Shown: positions 34,688 to 44,643, counted from the first letter of the stretch. The stretch: 44,653 bases of DNA from Saprospiraceae bacterium (GCA_043778315.1 JAYWGJ010000076.1:1-44653), one strand, 5' to 3'. Program-made: numbers and translations. Notes: generated by a model from the letters alone, not told the origin.

Positions 34688-34716
34688 ACACAACATATTT
34701 ATACAACACTAAAAAA

Positions 34717-36651
34717 ATGAGCGAAACACAGCCCCAAATTATCATTGACTTAAAGTTAATTGCCAAAAAGAAAAAAAGCCTCGAAAAGGTGAAGGCGGAA
34801 CTCAAGAAAGAGTTTATCGGCATCGATTATGTGATAGACGAACTGGTCGATTACATACAGATTTGGTATTTAATGCCCGAAGTACTTACACGCCCGATTA
34901 TCGTGAACCTTTGGGGTATGACGGGTGTGGGCAAGACCGATTTGGTACGCAAATTGGTCAATAAACTGAACTATCAGGACCGCTTTGTGGAGGTAGAACT
35001 GAGCAACTCGAGCGCGGGCGCGTCGGGCTATCAACATTATAACACGGTGGCGAATATTTTGACGAATAACCGAGTGGACGACGGCAAACCGTCGATAATT
35101 CTTTTTGACGAAATACAGCGATTTTGTACGATTGACGTGGAGGGCAAGCCCATTCAGAATACCTCTTTCAACGATTTTTGGGAGCTACTGAGCGACGGCA
35201 AACTCGCAAAACGGGCTATGCGCGACGAAATGGAGGAGATGATGGATAGGTATTTGTTTGCGTCTATGCAGCGCAAAAAGAAGCCGCCAAAAAAAGAAGA
35301 TAATACTGACGAATACGACCCGTACTCGAACGATACGCTTGGGTTGTGGAATGCCCGCCGTCTGAAAGCCACTTTTGGCTTCGAGGACGACTTGTACAAG
35401 CTCGCCGAAATGAAGGAAGAGGACATTATAAAAACGCTCGAGCGCGCTACAAAAGAGAAAAAAATATACGAAGCGGTCGATTATTCTAAGGCGTTATTGA
35501 TTATTAGCGGCAACTTAGATGATGCGTTTTCGATGTCGACGGAAACGTCGGAGTCGGACGTGGACGCGGATATTTTTCATGCTTATACTGAAAAAATTTC
35601 TATTGTTAATATCAAAAAATCACTTTCTACGCGGTTCAAACCCGAGCAAGTGGCGCGTTTTGGCAATATTCATTTGATTTATAAGTCGCTGAAAAAGAAG
35701 GATTTTGAGCAATTGATAGCAGTAGAAATCAAGAAAATAATAGAAAAAAATCTGCGTCTTTTTGGCGTAACGGTCGTCGTTGATAAAAGTATCAATCGCT
35801 TGTTGTACCAAAACGGCGTGTTTCCTGTGCAAGGCGTTCGCCCTGTTTTTTCGTCGGTTATCGATATTTTGGAGGCGAACTTGACGAAGTTTTTATACGA
35901 GGCGTTTATGACCGAGCAACGCAGTATTTCGGTAGATTACGACTTCACGAAACAGGTGTTAAGCGGCACGTTCGAGAACGGCGAAGCGGTCGTGTTGCCG
36001 TATATCGGGCGTATAGATATGGTGCGTCAGCGCAATCTCGCCGATGCAGTCGCGAATGTGTCGGTGCATGAGGCGGGTCATGCGGTGGTTTACGGCGTGT
36101 TATTTGGGCTTTCGCCGTTGCAATTGAAGTCGAAAGTGGCATCAAACTACGCTGGCGGCTTCACTTTTCCGCATCAAATATACATGACGAAGGAAAATAT
36201 GCAGCGCAAAATACAAATTTACTTGGCTGGCGGACTTGCCGAAGACTTGATTTTTGGCGAAGCAAACGCAACTATCGGCAGAGAAAACGACCGCGAACAA
36301 ACGGTCACACTCGCTACCGATTACTTGCGTAAATACGGGTTTGACCCTGAGTTTCAGGCGTATTATGTATCGTCAGGCGAAAACGCAATGGGTATGCTCG
36401 TGACCGACAAATCGGTGGAGGCGATGATACAAATGCAGGTGGTCGATACGCGCAAAATACTCGCCGACAACCGCTCGCTACTGATAGAACTGAGCGTCGA
36501 GCTCAACAAATACGGCAGTCTCGACATCAAAACCGTTGCCGCTATCGCCAAAAAACATGGGCATAATTGGAAAGTAAAAGGAGAAAATTATTTGCATCTA
36601 AACGGTTACGCAGAGCAGTTGCGCGAAAGCGAAAAGTCTTCAAAAAGATAG
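34717..36651 (+). CDS. Soluble FtsH-like fusion: divergent AAA+/P-loop ATPase plus a C-terminal M41-type zinc peptidase, with no TM segments
   Basis: Walker A GMTGVGKT and Walker B IILFDEIQ. HEAGHAVVYG (36066-36080) and LAGGLAEDLIFG...GRENDREQ...LRKYGF mirror the FtsH M41 active-site region. Confidence 0.75.
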   Translation: MSETQPQIIIDLKLIAKKKKSLEKVKAELKKEFIGIDYVIDELVDYIQIWYLMPEVLTRPIIVNLWGMTGVGKTDLVRKLVNKLNYQDRFVEVELSNSSAGASGYQHYNTVANILTNNRVDDGKPSIILFDEIQRFCTIDVEGKPIQNTSFNDFWELLSDGKLAKRAMRDEMEEMMDRYLFASMQRKKKPPKKEDNTDEYDPYSNDTLGLWNARRLKATFGFEDDLYKLAEMKEEDIIKTLERATKEKKIYEAVDYSKALLIISGNLDDAFSMSTETSESDVDADIFHAYTEKISIVNIKKSLSTRFKPEQVARFGNIHLIYKSLKKKDFEQLIAVEIKKIIEKNLRLFGVTVVVDKSINRLLYQNGVFPVQGVRPVFSSVIDILEANLTKFLYEAFMTEQRSISVDYDFTKQVLSGTFENGEAVVLPYIGRIDMVRQRNLADAVANVSVHEAGHAVVYGVLFGLSPLQLKSKVASNYAGGFTFPHQIYMTKENMQRKIQIYLAGGLAEDLIFGEANATIGRENDREQTVTLATDYLRKYGFDPEFQAYYVSSGENAMGMLVTDKSVEAMIQMQVVDTRKILADNRSLLIELSVELNKYGSLDIKTVAAIAKKHGHNWKVKGENYLHLNGYAEQLRESEKSSKR

Positions 36652-36959
36652 AATTTTAATTGGCAAACCAAAAAATATTTATAATGGGCTAAGATTTAAT
36701 ACAATAATAAATGATTTTAGTTAATGCGCTACTCTATTCACACACAATTATTTACACATTATAAAATAATATTATTTGTAATAAAAAAGGGCTTGTGCCT
36801 TGTAAATAAAGGGTTTTGGCAAAGTATTTGATATTCGTAATACTATATATGATAAAAAAGTTCAAATTTTTTGATTGTAAAATATACATCATCTCATTTT
36901 TTAATTACTTTTGCAGCGCATCAGTTTTACAAATTATTTTCAAATTTAATCAAAAATCA

Positions 36960-37958
36960 ATGGCAAACGACAGTTTTCAAACTAACAACAAAGAAGAAAA
37001 GGAAAATAGCAAACGCGGTTTGCTGGCAGCTATACTCGGTGTAGCCCTTTTAGGTATGACAGGACTCAACGTGTATTTGTTGTACAACAAATCACAACAA
37101 ACACAAACGATTGAAAAACAAGAGTTTGCGCTCACAAAAAGCGACTCACTCAACAAAGAATTGACGCATCAATACGATGACGCAATGAAGGAATTGGAGG
37201 CGCAAAAGGGTACAAGTGCTGAACTCAATAAGCAGATTGAACAACGTAAGTCGGAACTTGCGCGCGCAAAAAATGAAATCGCAGGCATGATTAAACGCAG
37301 CGGTAACGACAAAAAAGCGACTGCCGCTATCGAGGCTAAAATGCGAGATATGCAGTCGCAGGTAGAAGGCTATATGGCGGAGGTCAAAAAATTGCAAGAA
37401 GAAAACGGTATCCTCAAAACCGACGTAGAGAAGAAAACGGGTGAAATAACCTCGCTCAAAACCGAAGTAGAAACCAATAAATCCTCTATTGCGCAAGGCG
37501 AAGAAGCCCGCAAAAAAATAGAAGAGGAAAAAGCAGACTTGCAGAAAAAAGTTGATATCGGCTCTGTTTTGAAGTCAAACAACCTCAAAGTAACGCCTAT
37601 GTGGGAGCGTAAAGGCAAAGAAGACTGGGTTAAAAAGGCGAAAAACTGCGAGAAAATCAAAATCGAGTTTGATGTCATCGAGAATAAAGTGACTAAACCA
37701 GGCGAAAACTATTTTATAGGTCGCATCATCAATCCGCGTGGCGAAACTTTGTTTGTAGAAAGCAAGGGTTCGGGTACGTTCAAAGATAATGTAGGCACTG
37801 AGGTGCGTTTTACCGTGTTCAAAGCATTTAATTATAATAATGATGCACCGAAAGTAGTGATGGAATGGCGCGATACGAAGTTCGAAAAAGGCGACTATCA
37901 AATCGAGATTTTCAATAAAGGCTACAGCGTTGGCAAACAGACTATTACTTTAAATTAA
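36960..37958 (+). CDS. Membrane-anchored coiled-coil protein with a C-terminal beta-sandwich domain. Start moved to the ATG at 36960.
   Basis: TM helix LLAAILGVALLGMTGLNVYLL, a ~170-aa heptad-rich K/E region, and a TACTTTTG -7-like box at 36906-36913 that would exclude the upstream extension. Confidence 0.6.
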   Translation: MANDSFQTNNKEEKENSKRGLLAAILGVALLGMTGLNVYLLYNKSQQTQTIEKQEFALTKSDSLNKELTHQYDDAMKELEAQKGTSAELNKQIEQRKSELARAKNEIAGMIKRSGNDKKATAAIEAKMRDMQSQVEGYMAEVKKLQEENGILKTDVEKKTGEITSLKTEVETNKSSIAQGEEARKKIEEEKADLQKKVDIGSVLKSNNLKVTPMWERKGKEDWVKKAKNCEKIKIEFDVIENKVTKPGENYFIGRIINPRGETLFVESKGSGTFKDNVGTEVRFTVFKAFNYNNDAPKVVMEWRDTKFEKGDYQIEIFNKGYSVGKQTITLN

Positions 37959-37981
37959 GTAAATTTCATATCTAAAATAAT

Positions 37982-38023
37982 AAAAAAAGCCATCTATTCT
38001 GTTACGAGTAGGTGGCTTTTTTA
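37982..38023 (+). terminator. Intrinsic terminator
   Basis: AAAAAGCCATCTATTC...GAGTAGGTGGCTTTTTT, with two G-U wobbles on the plus-strand RNA. Confidence 0.7.
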
Positions 38024-38039
38024 GGTTTATTGAGCTTTG

Positions 38040-38405
38040 CTATGCTACAAAATGGTCGGTAATATCAGTGCCGCCGCCTTTCGGATCTGCGCCGTATTCG
38101 TTCGAACCTGCCGTGCCTTCCGAAACCGCTAAGTAAAAGTTGTAAAACGGGATAATCAAAAACCAGCCGCTTTTGCCTACATCGTGCATACGACGTACAC
38201 CAACTGCAATAGCAGGTAGTAATAAAGCGACTGAGTAGATAGACGACAAAATTGGAAATTTGATTGCGCCTGCAATTATGCCAATAACGATAGAACCTAT
38301 CATATTGAATAAAAAGAAATACCAATATTCGCTTCTGCGCGCACGACCGTTGAAGTCGGCATAGTGGTTTTGGATCGCATTCGTAAAGTAACTAAACGGA
38401 TTCAT
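38040..38405 (-). CDS. DUF805-family inner-membrane protein. Start moved to the ATG at 38405.
   Basis: GRARRSEYW, VGVRRMHDVGKSGW and GTAGSNEYGADP are DUF805 hallmarks. Confidence 0.8.
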   Translation of the reverse strand: MNPFSYFTNAIQNHYADFNGRARRSEYWYFFLFNMIGSIVIGIIAGAIKFPILSSIYSVALLLPAIAVGVRRMHDVGKSGWFLIIPFYNFYLAVSEGTAGSNEYGADPKGGGTDITDHFVA

Positions 38406-38692
38406 AAGATAAAATGATTTAAAAAAATAAAAAAAGTAAAAATTTCTACTCGTAGGCTTTTCGATACCGCCTGCTGTTTTTTGAGTGGTAGCAACACCGT
38501 AGGTAATACTTGCAAAGTTATATATTATTTTTAACAAAATCATAACAAATTATAAAATAAATAAATAAACTTTTTCATTTTTTAAAAACGAAAATCAGTA
38601 GCGTAAAAATATTTTACTACCGTATAATTTTTGTACCTTTGCGGTCTGAAAGAAAAAGAAAATATTTTTTTAAACTATAAAACACAATAAAT

Positions 38693-39406
38693 ATGATATT
38701 GCCCGTTTGGATGATACAATTTATGAAATACCGCTTTCCAGTGTCGTTAGCGATGTTTTTGGGCGGTATCGCCTTGATTTTTGCTATTGGTGGCGAATGG
38801 GCATGGCTGATATGGCTGCCTGGTTTGATACTACTTTTAGCGCATATATTTGTAGGAACTGCCGCTACCGCGTCGCAGTTATTGCAGATGAACGACTTGG
38901 AAGGTGCAAAAGCGATGCTCGCTAAAACGCTGAATGTGAACTGGTTATATACGCCGTTTCGTACCAATTACCACGCGGTAGATAGTATGATAGCGATGAT
39001 GGGCAACGACGCGGCAGGTGCGGAAGCGGCGATGAAACGCGCCGCAGCACTCGGCGGCAACTCTGACTCGGAGCAGGCGGTTATGCTGTTTAACCTCGGT
39101 ATGATGCAGATGCAACAACAAAACGTAGCGGAAGCGGAGAAGAATATGCGCCGTGCGACCGAACTCGGTTTGCCCGACGAGCAAGCGTCTATCGCCGAAC
39201 TCAATTTTGCGTTCATCGCACTCAATAAACGTAATATTAATGTGGCGAAAAAACACGCCGAAAAATGCCGCGCCCTCAAGCCGACGAATGCGGACGTATT
39301 GAAGCATTTAGCCGAGTTCGATAAGGCGATGAAACAGAGCGGACAATACACCGACTCTACAATGGCGATGCGTATGGCGCAACAGCGCAACCAGAAAAAA
39401 CGATAA
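38693..39406 (+). CDS. Membrane-anchored TPR-like repeat protein
   Basis: Two N-terminal TM helices followed by Ala/Leu-rich helical repeats. Confidence 0.5.
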   Translation: MILPVWMIQFMKYRFPVSLAMFLGGIALIFAIGGEWAWLIWLPGLILLLAHIFVGTAATASQLLQMNDLEGAKAMLAKTLNVNWLYTPFRTNYHAVDSMIAMMGNDAAGAEAAMKRAAALGGNSDSEQAVMLFNLGMMQMQQQNVAEAEKNMRRATELGLPDEQASIAELNFAFIALNKRNINVAKKHAEKCRALKPTNADVLKHLAEFDKAMKQSGQYTDSTMAMRMAQQRNQKKR

Positions 39407-39567
39407 TTTCGTACACTATATATATAGCTGAAATAAATTAAACGACATTTTTATGTACGCTCAAAAAATAGGTTAAACCTACCAGCCCCTCCAAAGGAGG
39501 GTAGCAGGCTACGTTTTAACTATTTTTTATCGCTCCCGATAATGTCGCTTAATTTAAAACATATATC

Positions 39568-40698
39568 ATGAATATAAATAATCCTACGGAAGACGATGGA
39601 CACATTTTGCCCGATGCCGAACCCAAAGCGGCGGAAGTCGTGCGCGGCGCGGACGGCAATATCATAGAAGATACCGACGATGCAGATGTCTTTTTTGAGC
39701 ATCATCGCCTCGTGATAGATAAAGGGCAAACGCCTTATCGCATCGATAAATACTTGATGGATCATCTTTATCGCGTCACTCGGACGCGCATGAAAGATGG
39801 CATCGAGGCGGGAAATATCAGGGTAAACGACCAGCCCGTCAGCCCTAACTATAAGGTGCGTCCGCACGACGTGATTACCGTTGTGCTAAACAAACCGATA
39901 AGTAGCGGCGTGCTGCAAGCGGAAGATATGAACCTCGATATTCGCTACGAAGACGACGATTTGATGGTGGTGTACAAGCCGCCTGGCATCGCGGTTCACC
40001 CAGGCGTAGGCGTACATTCGGGTACGCTCGTGAACGGACTCGCGTTTCACCACGACTCGCTGCCCACAAAACCTGGTAATTTGGGTACGCGGGCAGGTTT
40101 AGTGCATCGAATAGATAAGGATACAAGCGGCTTATTGGTCTGCGCGAAATCCGAATTTGCGATGGCGCACCTCAGCGCGCAATTTTTCAATCATACTACA
40201 AAACGCACCTATAACGCTATCGTTTGGGGCGAACCCACCGAAAAAGAAGGCACGATAAACGCGCCCGTAGGCAGACACGAACGCCACAGAATGTTGATGG
40301 CGGTACAAGAAGAAGGCGAAGGTAAACACGCAATTACGCACTATAAGGTACTAGAAAGTTTGGGATATGTGAGTTTGGTAGAATGTCGTTTGGAAACAGG
40401 GCGGACGCACCAAATCCGTGTTCACATGAAACACATAGGACATACCTTATTTAACGACGAGCGTTACGGCGGCGACCGCATCTTAAAAGGAACGATTTTT
40501 TCGAAGTACAAACAATTTGTAGAAAACTGCTTTCAGGTCTTGCCGCGACAAGCGTTACACGCCAAAACCTTAGGTTTTGTTCACCCGCGTACAGGCGAAG
40601 AAATGTTTTTTGAGTCGGAGCTGCCCGACGATATGCAGAAATGTTTGGAGCGGTGGCGGACGTATGTAGAGCCGCGTCGCGGCGACAATCAGCATTAA
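39568..40698 (+). CDS. rluD: RluA/RluD-family 23S rRNA pseudouridine synthase
   Basis: S4-like N-terminal domain (RIDKYL...), catalytic HRIDKDTSGLLV, and GRTHQIRVH. Confidence 0.85.
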   Translation: MNINNPTEDDGHILPDAEPKAAEVVRGADGNIIEDTDDADVFFEHHRLVIDKGQTPYRIDKYLMDHLYRVTRTRMKDGIEAGNIRVNDQPVSPNYKVRPHDVITVVLNKPISSGVLQAEDMNLDIRYEDDDLMVVYKPPGIAVHPGVGVHSGTLVNGLAFHHDSLPTKPGNLGTRAGLVHRIDKDTSGLLVCAKSEFAMAHLSAQFFNHTTKRTYNAIVWGEPTEKEGTINAPVGRHERHRMLMAVQEEGEGKHAITHYKVLESLGYVSLVECRLETGRTHQIRVHMKHIGHTLFNDERYGGDRILKGTIFSKYKQFVENCFQVLPRQALHAKTLGFVHPRTGEEMFFESELPDDMQKCLERWRTYVEPRRGDNQH

Positions 40699-40814
40699 AA
40701 AAGTTTACGGCTTACCGTTTTGATATTATCGCTTAAAAAAGTTTATCGCTTACAGCTTTACCTCAATAACGGTCAAAAGTTTATTGCTTACAGTTCATAG
40801 CTTATCGCTTAACG
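40697..40814 (+). repeat. Three direct repeats AAAAGTTTAYNGCTTAC spaced 38-39 bp apart, plus two TTATCGCTTAA half-copies, in the upp leader
   Basis: Copies at 40697-40716, 40735-40755 and 40774-40793. Half-copies at 40726-40737 and 40800-40814. Confidence 0.7.
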
Positions 40815-40821
40815 AAAAAAA

Positions 40822-41472
40822 ATGATATTCAACCTCTCCGAACACAATTCCGCAGCGAATCACTATATTGCGGAGTTGCGCGATGTGGCTATACAAACCG
40901 ACCGTATGCGTTTTCGGCGCAATTTGGAGCGAATTGGTGGTATTTTGGGCTACGAACTCAGCAAAACGCTCACTTATACGCCCGCCGAAGTGGAAACACC
41001 GCTCGGGACTGCCGAGACTACGCTTGTCGCGTCGCCGATAGTACTCGCCGCTATTTTGCGCGCAGGGCTGCCGTTGCACCAAGGTTTATTGAATATTTTT
41101 GATACGGCGGACAATGCTTTTGTGGCTGCTTACCGCAAACACCACAAAGACGGCACGTTCGAGATAGCGACCGAATATATTTCTTGTCCGAACTTAGACG
41201 GAAAAGTACTCATCGTCGCCGACCCGATGCTCGCAACAGGCTCGTCTATCATCGTCGCATTAGAAAAATTATTGCTTAACGGCACACCCGAAGCCGTGCA
41301 TATCGTTACCGCTATCGCCTCCGTTTATGGCATCGAGCAAGTGCAACGCTTTGTGCCACAAGCACATCTATGGGTGGGCGCGATAGATGAAGAGCTTACC
41401 GCAAAATCGTATATCGTACCCGGACTCGGCGACGCAGGCGACTTAGCGTATGGCGAAAAAATGCAAGAGTAA
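40822..41472 (+). CDS. upp: Uracil phosphoribosyltransferase
   Basis: 216 aa with a PRPP-binding loop VLIVADPMLATGSS and a C-terminal YIVPGLGDAGD. Confidence 0.9.
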   Translation: MIFNLSEHNSAANHYIAELRDVAIQTDRMRFRRNLERIGGILGYELSKTLTYTPAEVETPLGTAETTLVASPIVLAAILRAGLPLHQGLLNIFDTADNAFVAAYRKHHKDGTFEIATEYISCPNLDGKVLIVADPMLATGSSIIVALEKLLLNGTPEAVHIVTAIASVYGIEQVQRFVPQAHLWVGAIDEELTAKSYIVPGLGDAGDLAYGEKMQE

Positions 41473-41490
41473 AAGTTTAGGTTTAACGGC

Positions 41491-41546
41491 GTGCGGGTTT
41501 AAACCCGCACAGAGGGAATAAAATAGGTGCGGGTTTAAACCCGCAC
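41491..41546. repeat. Two copies of the perfect 20-bp palindrome GTGCGGGTTTAAACCCGCAC, separated by 16 bp
   Basis: 41491-41510 and 41527-41546. The flanks AACGGC and ACCGTT extend the symmetry. Confidence 0.9.
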
Positions 41547-41607
41547 ACCGTTGCGCCTCGCCCACATAAGTTTACTACTTTTCACAGTTTAAAGTTTCAA
41601 CAAAAAA

Positions 41608-42888
41608 ATGATTGATGTAATTTTGGGTTTGCAATGGGGCGACGAAGGCAAAGGTAAAATTGTAGATTACCTCGCCGAACGTTACGATATGGTTGCCCGT
41701 TTTCAGGGCGGACCGAATGCAGGACACACGCTCATTTTGGGCGGCAAAAAATACGTCTTGCATACCGTCCCGTCGGGTATTTTTCGCCCGCATTTGCAAA
41801 ACCTTATTGGCAACGGAGTGGTATTAGACCCTGTCACATTCCAAAAAGAATTGATTAACTTGGATACCGCAGGTGTGCAATACCGCGACCGTCTATTTAT
41901 TGCCAAAAAAGCACACCTTATTTTGCCTACACATTGCTTATTAGATGCCGCTTCGGAGGCAGCGAAGGGCAGTGCGAAAATCGGTTCTACGCTAAAAGGC
42001 ATCGGACCTACCTATATGGACAAAACGGGTAGAAACGGTTTGCGCGTAGGCGATTTATTGTTGCCTAATTTTATTGATAAGTATAATGTCTTGAAAGACA
42101 AGCATTTAGCTATGGTTTCGCATCTGTACGGCTACGATGTAGCACAGTTCAATTTGGCGGAGCGCGAAGCCGCTTTTTTTGCGAGTGTAGAAGTACTCAA
42201 AACCTTACAAATGGTTGATGGTGAGTACTTTATAAACGATGCTTTGCGCAACGGAAAGCGCGTACTCGCCGAAGGCGCACAAGGCTCGATGCTCGATGTG
42301 GACTTTGGTACTTATCCGTTTGTGACTTCGTCTAATACGATTACGTCGGGTGTATGCAACGGACTGGGCGTTGCGCCGCAACAAATAGCAGAGGTGATTG
42401 GCATTACAAAAGCGTACTGTACGCGAGTAGGCGGCGGTCCGTTTCCTACCGAACTAGACAACGAACTCGGTGAGAAAATACGCAAAGAAGGCGGCGAATT
42501 TGGTGCTACGACGGGCAGACCGCGCAGGTGCGGCTGGCTCGATATTCCGCAGCTAAAATATACGATTATGCTCAACGGCGTGACGCAACTTTGCATCACA
42601 AAAGCTGATGTACTCAATATTTTTGCGGAGATACAGACTGCTACACATTATAAATATAATAATATAATATCGGATAGATTGCCATTTGATATTTGTGATA
42701 TTGCTATCGAGCCTGTTTTGGTAGCGCACAAGGGTTGGGAGCAGTCTTTGGACGGAGTGTCACAATTTGAGCAATTACCTGTACATTTACAAAACTATAT
42801 TACCTATTTGGAAACGGAATTAGCGACTCCAATTACGATGATATCGACTGGGCCTGAGCGCGAAAAATTGATATTGAAACCTGCTTAA
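41608..42888 (+). CDS. purA: Adenylosuccinate synthase
   Basis: LQWGDEGKGKIVD, GPNAGHT, GIGPTY and GTTGRPRRCGW motifs. Confidence 0.95.
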   Translation: MIDVILGLQWGDEGKGKIVDYLAERYDMVARFQGGPNAGHTLILGGKKYVLHTVPSGIFRPHLQNLIGNGVVLDPVTFQKELINLDTAGVQYRDRLFIAKKAHLILPTHCLLDAASEAAKGSAKIGSTLKGIGPTYMDKTGRNGLRVGDLLLPNFIDKYNVLKDKHLAMVSHLYGYDVAQFNLAEREAAFFASVEVLKTLQMVDGEYFINDALRNGKRVLAEGAQGSMLDVDFGTYPFVTSSNTITSGVCNGLGVAPQQIAEVIGITKAYCTRVGGGPFPTELDNELGEKIRKEGGEFGATTGRPRRCGWLDIPQLKYTIMLNGVTQLCITKADVLNIFAEIQTATHYKYNNIISDRLPFDICDIAIEPVLVAHKGWEQSLDGVSQFEQLPVHLQNYITYLETELATPITMISTGPEREKLILKPA

Positions 42889-42914
42889 TCAAATTTGTAT
42901 TTCAAAATAATTCT

Positions 42915-42954
42915 AAAAAAGCGACCGTTCCTAGATTGGAACGGTCGCTTTTTC
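42915..42954. terminator. Bidirectional intrinsic terminator
   Basis: AAAAAGCGACCGTTCC-TAGATT-GGAACGGTCGCTTTTT, between convergent genes. Confidence 0.85.
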
Positions 42955-42967
42955 TATTGGTAATATC

Positions 42968-43747
42968 TTAGGTATTATAGCTTTCTCTTATAAATCCACC
43001 TTCCGAATGAATGACTTGACCTGTTACCCAAGCTGCATTTTCACTGACCAAAAAAGCAATCAATTTTGCTGCGTCTTGCGGCTGCCCGAGTCGTCCCATT
43101 GGAAATCGTTGTAGGAATATTTCTGTTTGACTGTCGTCTAACCAACCCGTATCTGTCAATCCTGGATTGACCGCATTTATGGTTATGCCTTTTGCCGCAA
43201 GTACTTGCGATAGCGTTCGCGTGACGTCTTCTATGGCTGCTTTTGTTGCAGCGTAAGCGATTTCGTCACTCATAAAACTCAACGATTGACCCGAAATTAG
43301 GTTGATAATGCTGCCGTTTTTTTGCCCTTCAAACCACTTCACAAATTCAACAATCAATAAAGTAGGTATTTTCAGATTTATAATATAATGATTATCAAGC
43401 TCTTCGCCAGTTATATTCGTAATATTTGTAGCCGTGCTGTAAGTGGCGTTATTCACTAAAATGGTAGGCAAACCTAACACTTTTTGTACGGCTTCAAATA
43501 AAATAGCTACGCTGTTTTGTGCTAAAAAATCTAATTCCAACTTTTCGCACCGCACACCCAAACTTCTTATTTCTGCTTGAATTAAATCAGGTTCGTTATC
43601 CGCTACGCTCCAAGGCATTTGTTTGTCATAGTCGTGCCAAAAAGTAAAAAAAATATCAATATTATTCTTGGCTAATTCCACACAAATTGCTCTACCAATT
43701 CCTTTCAATCGGCTCACGCCTGTCACTACCGCACTTGGTCTAGCCAT
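42968..43747 (-). CDS. Short-chain dehydrogenase/reductase (FabG-like)
   Basis: VVTGVSRLKGIGRAI (a variant of the TGxxxGIG pattern), NNA, and the YAATKAA catalytic YxxxK. Confidence 0.8.
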   Translation of the reverse strand: MARPSAVVTGVSRLKGIGRAICVELAKNNIDIFFTFWHDYDKQMPWSVADNEPDLIQAEIRSLGVRCEKLELDFLAQNSVAILFEAVQKVLGLPTILVNNATYSTATNITNITGEELDNHYIINLKIPTLLIVEFVKWFEGQKNGSIINLISGQSLSFMSDEIAYAATKAAIEDVTRTLSQVLAAKGITINAVNPGLTDTGWLDDSQTEIFLQRFPMGRLGQPQDAAKLIAFLVSENAAWVTGQVIHSEGGFIRESYNT

Positions 43748-43773
43748 ATTTTTTGTAATATTAAAAGCAAAAA

Positions 43774-44643
43774 TTACACGCCCAAATAATTTTTCAATAA
43801 CTTGGATTTTGAGGTAGAACGTAGTTTATTGATGGCTTTGTCTTTGATTTGACGGACGCGCTCGCGGGTCAATCCGAACTGGTCGCCGATGTCCTCGAGC
43901 GATAAGGCGTGTTCTACGCCGATGCCAAAATACAGTTTTATCACGTCGCGCTGACGGTCGGTAAGCGTACTGAGCGACCGCTCTATCTCTATGCGGAGCG
44001 ACTCGACATAAGAGAGTTGCCCGTCGGTAGCACCTGTGCTACCGTCTGAAAGTACGTCGAGCAGCGAGTTGTCCTCGCCCTCTACGAAAGGTGCATCGAC
44101 CGAGACGTGCCGTGCCGCTACGCCGAGTGTAGTTTCTACTTCGTCGGTAGCGATGTCGAGCATTTCTGCCAATTCTTCCGCCGACGGCTCGCGCTCAAAC
44201 TCTTGCTCGAGCTGCGAAAATGCTTTATTTATTTTGTTCAGCGAGCCAACTTTATTGAGCGGCAAGCGCACAATACGCGACTGCTCGGCTAACGCCTGCA
44301 ATATCGACTGGCGTATCCACCAAACGGCATACGAAATGAATTTGAAACCGCGCGTTTCGTCAAACCGTTGTGCTGCTTTTATCAAGCCGAGGTTGCCCTC
44401 ATTGATAAGGTCACTCAGCGACAAGCCCTGGTTTTGGTACTGTTTGGCTACCGAAACCACAAAACGCAGGTTTGCTTTGGTGAGGCGTTCTAAGGCGGCT
44501 TGGCTGCCTTGTTTTATCTTTTTGGCGAGATCAACCTCCTCTTCGGGCGTTAAAAGATCCACTTTGCCAATCTCTTGCAAGTATTTTTCTAACGATTGGC
44601 TCTCCCGATTGGTAATCGATTTCGTGATTTTTAACTGTCTCAT
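43774..44643 (-). CDS. rpoD: Primary RNA polymerase sigma-70 factor (Bacteroidota short RpoD/SigA type)
   Basis: Region 2 ([17 protein letters not shown]...[14 protein letters not shown]) and region 4 ([14 protein letters not shown]...[21 protein letters not shown]). Length is 289 aa. Confidence 0.9.
   Translation of the reverse strand: MRQLKITKSITNRESQSLEKYLQEIGKVDLLTPEEEVDLAKKIKQGSQAALERLTKANLRFVVSVAKQYQNQGLSLSDLINEGNLGLIKAAQRFDETRGFKFISYAVWWIRQSILQALAEQSRIVRLPLNKVGSLNKINKAFSQLEQEFEREPSAEELAEMLDIATDEVETTLGVAARHVSVDAPFVEGEDNSLLDVLSDGSTGATDGQLSYVESLRIEIERSLSTLTDRQRDVIKLYFGIGVEHALSLEDIGDQFGLTRERVRQIKDKAINKLRSTSKSKLLKNYLGV

Noticed and set aside
39470..39520. Weak hairpin (CCCTCC-AAA-GGAGGG within CTACC...GGTAG) after ORF 38693..39406.
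   Set aside because: The stem is short and imperfect with no T-run, which is not enough to call a terminator or an RNA gene.
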